Shown in pieces: positions 6,397-14,170 of a stretch of DNA of 21,996 nucleotides (positions within the stretch are counted from its first letter, which is position 1; every line of letters begins with the position of its first letter). This DNA is from an uncultured archaeon (GTDB taxonomy: Archaea; Asgardarchaeota; Lokiarchaeia; Sigyniarchaeales; SOKP01): NCBI GenBank assembly GCA_964508365.1, contig CAZDTP010000058.1, forward strand, positions 1 to 21,996. The letters run 5' to 3'. The notes below the pieces were generated by a model, which saw only the letters and a program-made list of their open reading frames with translations, searched no databases and was not told the origin of the DNA. The position numbers were made by a program, and so were the translations under genes.

Positions 6397-9096
6397 CTAT
6401 AATTCTTTGTTTTTTTTCATTATTACTGCTTGTGCTGCTGCAATGCGAGCTACAGGAATTCTAAAAGGAGAACAAGACACATAGTCTAACCCTATAGAGG
6501 CTACAAACATGATACTGCTCGGATCACCACCGTGTTCTCCACAAACGCCGCATTTTAGATTTGGTCTTGTTTCTCGACCCAATTTGACAGCCATTTGCAT
6601 TAATTTTCCTACTCCATCTTGATCAATTGTTTCAAACGGATTTCGCTCAAGAATTTCCTTATTCAAATAAACTGGAAGGAATTTACCTTCAGCATCGTCT
6701 CGACTGAAACCAAATGTCATTTGGGTTAAATCATTAGTTCCAAAGGAGAAAAATTCCGCTTCCATAGCAATCTCGTCTGCAGTGAGAGCTGCTCTCGGTA
6801 TTTCAATCATTGTCCCAAACTTGTACTTCAAATCCACTCCGTAATCTTTAATTGTCTCTTCTGCTATTTCAAGTAACTGAGTTTTTACGTACTGAAGTTC
6901 TGATATCATGCCAATGAGGGGGATCATTACTTCGGGGTAAACTTCAACGCCTTGCAGTTTAAGTTCACAAGCTGCTTGAAATATAGCTTTAACTTGCATT
7001 TCGTTGATTTCTGGCCAAATAATCCCAAGTCTACAACCTCGGAGTCCCATCATGGGATTTTCCTCGGAGAGGGATCTGATTAGGCTAATTACTTTTTTCT
7101 TTTTATTTATTTCTTCGTCAAGGGGGCTTATATCTAGCAGAGATTTAGATAGAGAATTTGTCATTTTCAATTCTTGATATTCTAATTGAACTGTAGATAA
7201 TTCGGGTAAGAATTCATGCAAGGGGGGATCTAGTAATCTAATAGTCACAGGTTTACCTTCCATGATTTTAAAGATTTCTATGAAATCTCCCTTTTGCATT
7301 GGTAAAATTTTATCTAACGCGTCTTGACGTTCTTCAATAGTTTGAGCCAGTATCATCTTCTGTACAACAGGCAATCGATCTTGTGCCATGAACATGTGCT
7401 CTGTTCTTGTCAAACCGATGCCTTCAGCACCAAATTCTAAAGCTTTCTTCGCATCTATTGGAGTATCTGCATTTGCTCGAACACCCAAGGTTCGAACTTC
7501 GTCAGCAATTTCTAATAATTCTAAGAATTCTCCCTTTATCTCAGGTTCTACTAATGGAACCTTTCCTTCTATTACGCGTCCTGTTGTTCCATCGATAGTT
7601 ATGTATTCTCCTTCTTTAATTACAGTCTCTGCTACCCTAAATTCCCGAGTTTCTTCGTCAATTTCAATATCTTGAGCTCCGACAACAGCTGGTTTACCCA
7701 TTCCTCTTGCAACAACGGCAGCATGAGATGTTTTTCCTCCAAATTGAGTTAAAACGCCACTGGATGCATACAAACCGTGAACATCCTCAGGTTTAGTTTG
7801 GGGTCGCACTAAAATAATCTCTTTTTCTTGAGAATTAGCAAATTCTTCAGCGCGATCAGAATCAAATATAGCGATTCCAGACACGGCACCTGGTGAAGCG
7901 TTAATTCCTTTTGCTAAAACACGTACTATAGCATTCTCATCTATGCTTTTAAATAAAAGTTTCGATATTTTGTTCGCATCGATACTCATAATTGCCTGTT
8001 CCCGAGTTATTAAACCTTCCTTAACCATATCCACTGCGATTTTAACTGCTGCTGAAGGCGTGCGTTTTCCATTTCTAGTTTGGAGGATGTAAAGGACTCC
8101 ATTTTCTATTGTGAACTCAATATCTTGCATGTCTTTATAGTGTTTTTCAAGTTTGACCATTGTTTGCTTTAAGTCTTTATAAATTTCCGGAAACTCATTG
8201 CTAAGTTCTTCAAGTTTTTTAGGAGTTCGTATTCCTGCAACTACATCTTCTCCCTGCGCGTTAGTTAAATATTCCCCAAATTTTATGTCGTCTCCATTCG
8301 AAGGATCCCGCGTAAATGCAACTCCTGTGGCAGAATTCTCTCCTTTATTTCCAAATACCATAGCTTGTATATTAACAGCTGTTCCTAAATTAGGAATATT
8401 AGAAATCTTTCGATATGTAATTGCTCGCTTATTGTTCCAAGATTTAAATACCGCTTCTATTGCTATAAATAGCTGTTTAAAGGGATCTTGAGGGAAGGGT
8501 GAACCGATTTCTTTTTCATATAAGGCTTTATAATCAGTAATTACTTTTTGTAAATCTTGGACTTGTAGATCTGTATCTTGAGCAGTTCTAGATATCGAAC
8601 GCTTATATTTATCAAGTATTCTTTCAAATTTCTCATCCCCGATCCCCATACAAACGTCGCCAAACATTTGAATAAATCTTCTCCAGGAATCATAGGCAAA
8701 TCGCGAATTTTTTGTCAGTTCTGCTATTCCTTTAACAGATTCATCGTTTAATCCTAAATTTAAAACTGTGTCCATCATGCCCGGCATTGACATTGGAGCT
8801 CCACTTCTTATGCTTAGCAATAATGGATTATTTTTATCACCAAATATTTTTTTCGTAGCTTTTTCTAGGCTTTTTAAATGTTCTAATACCATAGGCTTAA
8901 TTTGCGTCATTATTTTTTCAGGATCTTTAAAATAAAGCAAACATGCTTCTGTGGTTAAAGTAAAACCCGGAGGAATATTTAATCCTAAATTAGTCATTTC
9001 TCCGAGATTTGCACCTTTTCCACCAAGTAAGTTCTTTAACTCTTTTCTACCTTCGCTAAAATCGTAGATATACTTGGGCTTATCAGTAGAGGTCAT
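6397..9096 (-). CDS. ppdK: Pyruvate, phosphate dikinase
   Basis: GGKGANLGEM, SGAPMSMPGMMDTVLNLGL, AQGEDVVAGIRTP, GGKTSHAAVVARGMGKP (phospho-His), GTNDLTQMTFGFSRDD, CGEHGGDP. 899 aa. Confidence 0.97.
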   Translation of the reverse strand: MTSTDKPKYIYDFSEGRKELKNLLGGKGANLGEMTNLGLNIPPGFTLTTEACLLYFKDPEKIMTQIKPMVLEHLKSLEKATKKIFGDKNNPLLLSIRSGAPMSMPGMMDTVLNLGLNDESVKGIAELTKNSRFAYDSWRRFIQMFGDVCMGIGDEKFERILDKYKRSISRTAQDTDLQVQDLQKVITDYKALYEKEIGSPFPQDPFKQLFIAIEAVFKSWNNKRAITYRKISNIPNLGTAVNIQAMVFGNKGENSATGVAFTRDPSNGDDIKFGEYLTNAQGEDVVAGIRTPKKLEELSNEFPEIYKDLKQTMVKLEKHYKDMQDIEFTIENGVLYILQTRNGKRTPSAAVKIAVDMVKEGLITREQAIMSIDANKISKLLFKSIDENAIVRVLAKGINASPGAVSGIAIFDSDRAEEFANSQEKEIILVRPQTKPEDVHGLYASSGVLTQFGGKTSHAAVVARGMGKPAVVGAQDIEIDEETREFRVAETVIKEGEYITIDGTTGRVIEGKVPLVEPEIKGEFLELLEIADEVRTLGVRANADTPIDAKKALEFGAEGIGLTRTEHMFMAQDRLPVVQKMILAQTIEERQDALDKILPMQKGDFIEIFKIMEGKPVTIRLLDPPLHEFLPELSTVQLEYQELKMTNSLSKSLLDISPLDEEINKKKKVISLIRSLSEENPMMGLRGCRLGIIWPEINEMQVKAIFQAACELKLQGVEVYPEVMIPLIGMISELQYVKTQLLEIAEETIKDYGVDLKYKFGTMIEIPRAALTADEIAMEAEFFSFGTNDLTQMTFGFSRDDAEGKFLPVYLNKEILERNPFETIDQDGVGKLMQMAVKLGRETRPNLKCGVCGEHGGDPSSIMFVASIGLDYVSCSPFRIPVARIAAAQAVIMKKNKEL

Positions 9097-9245
9097 AATT
9101 CAATTCTCAATTTAGTATAAAAGAATAAATTTATTATTTACATCATTTCGCATTTTCGTTGAATAATGTTTTTGTAATATAATTTCTCTTAAGAAATAAA
9201 ATTTTCTATATAAAAAGGATTGAAGATACAAATAAGGATGAATTG

Positions 9246-10049
9246 TTAAGAGATAATCTCTAAAATTTCCCATATACCATTAATGATAAAATCAGGTTTT
9301 TCTAATTTGTTTTTATTAATCATTTCTAAAGTTGTTTCTCCAGAAAGCACGCAACAGGTTGTAACTCCAGCATCTATTCCCATTTTTATGTCTGTGTACA
9401 ATCTATCTCCAAACATCACAGCATCTTCCGGCTTTATTTTGATTTCCCTGAGCTTAAACAAGAGCATTTCTTTGTTTGGTTTTCCAAAAACAACAGGCAT
9501 TCTATCTGTTGCTTTACATAAGAGGGCGGCAATACCTCCAGCATCAGGTATAAATCCATCCTCTGTAGGACATTTATTGTCTAAATGAGTGGCGATATAT
9601 GGAAGACCTTTTTGGAGTAGATATGATGCCTTTGTTAACCGATTATAGGTCAATTCTTGATCAAAAGCGAGAACAATAATTTCGGGATTACTTTCGCTTA
9701 AAGTAAAGCCTTCCTCAATAAACTCTTTTTTAAGAGACTCATTTCCTAGTAAAAAAACAGTAGTGAAGTTATTTTCCTTTAAATAACTGATGGTAGGATG
9801 TTGAGAGAGTATTAAATTATCACGGGTTGCATTCAAGTTTAAATTATTTAATTTTTTAAGGTAATCAGAGGTTGATTTACTTGAATTGTTTGAAAGAAAA
9901 AAGTAACGCTTTCCTTGCTCTTTAAGAGCTTCAATTATTTCAATCACTCCATCAAAGAGTTTATTTCCTAAATAAAGTGTCCCATCCAAATCAAAGAAGA
10001 ATACTTTTTTTCTGCTTAGTTCAGTGATACTTTTATTTATTGCGCTCAT
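9246..10049 (-). CDS. HAD-superfamily subfamily IIA hydrolase (NagD-like phosphatase)
   Basis: FDLDGTLY (motif I), LSNNS (II), GKP (III), GDRLYTDIKMG (IV). 267 aa. Confidence 0.93.
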   Translation of the reverse strand: MSAINKSITELSRKKVFFFDLDGTLYLGNKLFDGVIEIIEALKEQGKRYFFLSNNSSKSTSDYLKKLNNLNLNATRDNLILSQHPTISYLKENNFTTVFLLGNESLKKEFIEEGFTLSESNPEIIVLAFDQELTYNRLTKASYLLQKGLPYIATHLDNKCPTEDGFIPDAGGIAALLCKATDRMPVVFGKPNKEMLLFKLREIKIKPEDAVMFGDRLYTDIKMGIDAGVTTCCVLSGETTLEMINKNKLEKPDFIINGIWEILEIIS

Positions 10050-10133
10050 AAAAAAAACTCCGAGAAATTCTAAGGATAATTTGAAAAATAATTTAAATTT
10101 ATAAGTTATCCGTTTTAAATAAATTAGATCTTT

Positions 10134-10820
10134 CTAATTGCGATAAGGAACTGTTTGCATTTTCACTTCGCTTGATTTTAACCAAGCTTTATATTTAAAA
10201 GTATATTTACCCTTAACTAATGGGCTATACCCCGTTTCTTCTTCAAATAGAATTCGTTTTATCTCAGAATCTAAATGATTATACTTCATCTTAGTAGTTC
10301 TCCTAACTCCTATTATGTAGAGTGTTATTATAGAAATAACTACAACCAATATTATTACAATTACCTGCGATAAAGCTAAGTAAATGCTAGTCATAACAAT
10401 AAATATAGTGATTGGGATGATACTGAAATAACAATATAGACAATAGTAGCCAATATAACCAATAAAAAATTGTATTTCTTCTGTATCGTAATTATTTTCG
10501 GTAATTGAAAGTATTAGCCATTTACGATAATCCGCCTTTAACTTCCTCTCTCTAAGTGCTTCTAAACCAGTTTCATCGTAATACTTCTTTTGATTAATCT
10601 TTGTATCTGAAATGATACAAATCTTTCTTTCTTTGACTTCTAAATAGAGAAATAAGGAGAAAACACAGGTAATAAAAATAACTATATATGTAAATGGATG
10701 AATATAAAATCGTTTTTCTAAACTCACTGTTAGGAACGCAAGGATGAGTACAAGACAGATATAAGAGAAGACTTTTTTTAGTTTTGATTTAAAGTATAAT
10801 TTTAAAAATAATCGAAGCAT
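10134..10820 (-). CDS. Hypothetical membrane protein (about 4 TM as two hairpins, charged loop and C-tail)
   Basis: 228-aa ATG ORF that fills the gap between co-oriented genes, with alternating hydrophobic and basic segments. No family recognised. Confidence 0.7.
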   Translation of the reverse strand: MLRLFLKLYFKSKLKKVFSYICLVLILAFLTVSLEKRFYIHPFTYIVIFITCVFSLFLYLEVKERKICIISDTKINQKKYYDETGLEALRERKLKADYRKWLILSITENNYDTEEIQFFIGYIGYYCLYCYFSIIPITIFIVMTSIYLALSQVIVIILVVVISIITLYIIGVRRTTKMKYNHLDSEIKRILFEEETGYSPLVKGKYTFKYKAWLKSSEVKMQTVPYRN

Positions 10821-10863
10821 TTTATCTTGTTAATTTCTTCTATAATGTTGTTTTAAAGTAAAG

Positions 10864-10878
10864 AAAAAAAAGTAAAAA
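10864..10878 (-). terminator. U-rich tract downstream of the RGG/zinc-ribbon gene; candidate terminator
   Basis: Minus strand ...TTTTTACTTTTTTTTC..., about 50-65 nt after the stop at 10930. Confidence 0.35.
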
Positions 10879-10929
10879 TTTAAGAATTTTGGTTTTGGTT
10901 TTTTGAAAGCAGTAAATTTTATATTGCGA

Positions 10930-12384
10930 TTATGATTTTGCTCCTTCTATTTCTGTCCCACACCATTTGCAATATTTGTCGTCCTCTGATAATTTACTAC
11001 GACAAAATGAACATGTTTTCGATTTTGCCGGAGTTACTATGGTTGGTTCATTAGTGCTCCTTCCTTCAACTTTACCTCCACAATTCGGGCAAAATTGAGC
11101 ATCGGGTCGGATAGAATTTCCACAACGAATGCAGTTAGTTTCTATTTTACTAGGTTTTTTTAGAGCTGATTTTACGGGGGTTACTTTCGACGATGGTTTT
11201 GATTTTAATTTCTTCTGTCCTCTTCTCGCAAGGAGAGCAACAACAATTACGATTCCAACAACAACTATGATAGCAATTAATATTGGTTGAATATCTATCC
11301 ACCGTTCAGTAGATGTAATTCCAGTATCGTAGGTCACATCAAAAGTAATGGTCGTTGTTTCTTCTGGAGAGAGCATCGGATCAAAATAAACGAAAAAATA
11401 CCATGTTCCATCACTTGTTACGGTAAATGTGTTTTGAGGGATTGAATCTACTCCTTCAATAGAAAAATCAGCTGCGGATAAGTCAATCACATTCGCAGCA
11501 GAGTAGTCAATTGTGAAATTAACCACAACTGAAGATACTCCTTCGTTATACCAAACAATGTAATAATCTCTCGCTGATAACACATTATATACTCCCGTAT
11601 CTGATAACTCATCGTTCTCATCGACATAAAAAGAAGGACTACCACCTTGATTCCAGTCGTAAAGAGCTTGACCGCTTGCTATAAAGAAATCAACTAGTCC
11701 TGATGCGTTAAAATCGTAGTTTATTGTTGATCCGGGTTTTAAATAATATCCTACATATTCATATTGATTATTTAGAAGATTAAGCTGATCAGAATCGCTC
11801 CCAACTTTCGTAGTTGTAGGTAAAGACTCAAAAGGTCGATCCCATATAGCAAAGCTTATTAAGCTAGGTGATGATTGTATTTGATATGTTATATCACCCC
11901 CAGCTTTTAAATCTTCATATTCGTACCAGTATTCGTTAAAGTATAGGGTTTCAGTTGAGCGATAATTCACAGTACCATTTGCATCTACATTACTAAAAGG
12001 AAACCACATCGCTACTCCAAAAAGAGGTAACAATATTAGTCCTAAGACGATTGCCATCGTAACACCACCTCCAACATAGACAGGGGAATAGTACCAAGGC
12101 CTATACCATCGTCCAGCCCACCATGGGTTATACCACCAGTGCCTATACCATGGCCGATACCCATACCCGTAGTATCTCCTGCGGGGTCCATAGTAAGAGT
12201 GACGGTAAGGTCCGCTCGGTGCTCTTGAGGTTACTCGCGTTGCCCCAGTTCTTCCAAATGGTGTTCCTGAGGGTCTTGAACCACCCATTCGGAAACTTGC
12301 TGAACCACCACGAAAACCTCCTCCTCGAAATCCGCCTCCACTAAACCCTCCACCTCTAAAACCACCACCACCACCACGAGGCAC
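10930..12384 (-). CDS. Two-TM membrane protein: N-terminal RGG/Gly-Arg and Tyr/Trp-rich low-complexity region, beta-rich (GOLD-like) ectodomain, C-terminal double zinc ribbon
   Basis: GTG start with GAGGTG 11 nt upstream. FRGGG repeats (aa 1-35), TM aa ~106-130 and ~365-386, four CxxC pairs (C418/421, C432/435, C458/461, C472/475). Confidence 0.85.
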   Translation of the reverse strand: MPRGGGGGFRGGGFSGGGFRGGGFRGGSASFRMGGSRPSGTPFGRTGATRVTSRAPSGPYRHSYYGPRRRYYGYGYRPWYRHWWYNPWWAGRWYRPWYYSPVYVGGGVTMAIVLGLILLPLFGVAMWFPFSNVDANGTVNYRSTETLYFNEYWYEYEDLKAGGDITYQIQSSPSLISFAIWDRPFESLPTTTKVGSDSDQLNLLNNQYEYVGYYLKPGSTINYDFNASGLVDFFIASGQALYDWNQGGSPSFYVDENDELSDTGVYNVLSARDYYIVWYNEGVSSVVVNFTIDYSAANVIDLSAADFSIEGVDSIPQNTFTVTSDGTWYFFVYFDPMLSPEETTTITFDVTYDTGITSTERWIDIQPILIAIIVVVGIVIVVALLARRGQKKLKSKPSSKVTPVKSALKKPSKIETNCIRCGNSIRPDAQFCPNCGGKVEGRSTNEPTIVTPAKSKTCSFCRSKLSEDDKYCKWCGTEIEGAKS

Positions 12385-12386
12385 TT

Positions 12387-13397
12387 TTATCTAGGCACCT
12401 CGTTAGCAGATTCTTTTTGACGAAAAAAATAATCCCGATAGATTGCTGCTAGTACTAAACTCATAGATATTATAGATAATGTCAATCCAACTCCATCAAC
12501 AATTACATTCGGAGATGGAACAGCAATCGCAAATGCGATACCTAATAGAATCCAGTCAATAATTAGAACCGCAATAAATAAAATAGGTAATAAAAATTGT
12601 ACCAGAAATCCAGTTTGAACATTACGCACGGCAGAATAACTCGAGAAAATTATTGAAAAAAGCGCAAGGATACCGAATATAACGATCAGAACACTAAAGA
12701 TAACTATAAATAACCAAATTATTCCGTTAGTATTAATAAGATTCACGAAAGGAACGAGGAAATTAATGCCTTTTGCTTCAAACAATCCAAAAAGGACAAC
12801 CTGTCCTTCAATTTCAGCCATCCCGAAAAAACTAAGCAAATCAGCTGGATTTCCTGAAAAGAAGCCAAATATTCCAACAAGCGGGAAAATTACACCAAAC
12901 ACAAACGCAATAATTGTACAACCAGTTGCGAACCAAAATTCCGCTGATCTCGTATCAGCCACAGGAATTAAGCCTACCTCGTCGTAATTCTCATCAGGAA
13001 TATAGCTCCAGCAATCTTGTATAGAGCAAACTCCAACCAACTTCTCATTTTCTACCACTGGCACGACATTGACATTTAAATCTCGCATTCTTGCAAAAGC
13101 TATAGTAACAGGATCATCAAGGGAAACGGGTTTAATCTTATACATAGTCGAAATTATCTTTTCTTCTTTAGGATCAGTTCCTTTAGCTACGACATTTTGA
13201 ATAATATCAAAATCAGCTATGATTCCGAGAACTTTATTAGACTTTTCTTCGACTACAACTAAATCTGGCACTCCTAACTCTTTCATTTTTTTTGCTGCTT
13301 CTTGAATGGTCGCATTAGAATCGATTACACCGTATTCATCGTCAATAACCAAATCTTTTATAAAATATTCTTTTTTAGTTAAACCCAAATTCATCAT
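12387..13397 (-). CDS. N-terminal CBS-pair protein with C-terminal four-TM domain
   Basis: aa ~12-133 form a CBS tandem (ATIQEAAKKM...LVVV...LGIIADFD; PVTIAFARM...VPVV...VGVCSIQD). Hydrophobic segments at aa ~154-180, 226-253, 264-292 and 302-320. Confidence 0.88.
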   Translation of the reverse strand: MMNLGLTKKEYFIKDLVIDDEYGVIDSNATIQEAAKKMKELGVPDLVVVEEKSNKVLGIIADFDIIQNVVAKGTDPKEEKIISTMYKIKPVSLDDPVTIAFARMRDLNVNVVPVVENEKLVGVCSIQDCWSYIPDENYDEVGLIPVADTRSAEFWFATGCTIIAFVFGVIFPLVGIFGFFSGNPADLLSFFGMAEIEGQVVLFGLFEAKGINFLVPFVNLINTNGIIWLFIVIFSVLIVIFGILALFSIIFSSYSAVRNVQTGFLVQFLLPILFIAVLIIDWILLGIAFAIAVPSPNVIVDGVGLTLSIISMSLVLAAIYRDYFFRQKESANEVPR

Positions 13398-13416
13398 TTT
13401 TTTATGTTAGATTTGT

Positions 13417-13427
13417 TATTTATAAAA
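13417..13427 (-). promoter_or_regulatory. Candidate TATA box for the CBS-TM gene (near-leaderless transcript)
   Basis: Minus strand TTTTATAAATA ends 19 nt before the ATG, which is the expected position for leaderless archaeal mRNA. No SD in front of the ATG. Confidence 0.4.
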
Positions 13428-13535
13428 CAGATTGAAGTAACTATTAAAATTAACTATAGTCCAGTTATTAATTATTAGAGTAAAACGATAATTCTCTCAA
13501 GAATTTATATGAGAAAAGGAATAATATATAAGATT

Positions 13536-13545
13536 AAAAAAAAAA
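13536..13545 (-). terminator. T10 tract 12 nt after the SCP2 stop; candidate terminator
   Basis: A10 on + strand immediately downstream of the 13558 stop on the - strand. Confidence 0.5.
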
Positions 13546-13557
13546 GAGTAGCTTGAA

Positions 13558-14016
13558 TTAGTAAAATTCTGCTCCTTCTATTATAGTGGTAGAAACGACT
13601 AGTTCCTGCGCGGCCTTCGTTGCTCGCATGACCTTCGCCATGTTACCTACGAGTTTAAATTTACCAGCCATTAATCCCTGGATTGGATCCAGTTCTTGCT
13701 TCAAAACCTTTACCCAATTATCGTATTGTCCTGAAAATACAAATTCTGCGCCGATTTTCTCTCCTTCTTTTAAAGGTCGTGGCTCAGAATTAGGAGGTAA
13801 AATTTCGAATTCGTCTCCCTCCTTTAGGACTTTTGCGCCTGTACAATCTCCTTTATATAATCCAATAAACATTAATATTTTATGATCCAGATTACCACTA
13901 GGTTCAACCACGAATATGAAATCACCTGTCCACCAAGAAGCTGCCGCTTTATAATTGGCATTTTCATTTAAAGCTTTCTCATAAGCTTCTGCCCATTCCA
14001 CTGAAAATACTTTCAT
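13558..14016 (-). CDS. SCP2 sterol-binding domain protein
   Basis: FSVEWAEAYEKALNEN..YKAAASWWTGDFIF...FVFSGQYDNWVKVLKQELDPIQGLMAGKFKLVGNMAKVMR is a classic standalone SCP2 pattern. Confidence 0.9.
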   Translation of the reverse strand: MKVFSVEWAEAYEKALNENANYKAAASWWTGDFIFVVEPSGNLDHKILMFIGLYKGDCTGAKVLKEGDEFEILPPNSEPRPLKEGEKIGAEFVFSGQYDNWVKVLKQELDPIQGLMAGKFKLVGNMAKVMRATKAAQELVVSTTIIEGAEFY

Positions 14017-14170
14017 ATTTCACACTCTCTATTTTTATAATAAAATTAACTTTTGATATAATTAGTATTACTTCTTTTTATTTGAAAGTAATTAAATCTA
14101 AGATTGAGTGGACTGATAAAAAATAGTTTTGTCTGGATGTTTATTAAGACAAGGTATAAAAAAAGGGGAA

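Noticed and set aside
4131-9588. Short opposite-strand ORFs at 4131-4355, 5281-5511, 7388-7675, 7407-7598, 8198-8491 and 9283-9588
   Set aside because: Fully nested antisense to well-supported genes, Ser/Ile/Phe-rich shadow composition, no motifs.
10134-10820. Low-GC ORFan as part of a mobile element or island
   Set aside because: No integrase, transposase, terminal repeats or tRNA att site nearby; low GC is explained by Ile/Tyr/Lys/Phe-rich membrane composition.
12361-12377. (ACC)n microsatellite
   Set aside because: Merely encodes the Gly run of the RGG tail; not an independent repeat element.
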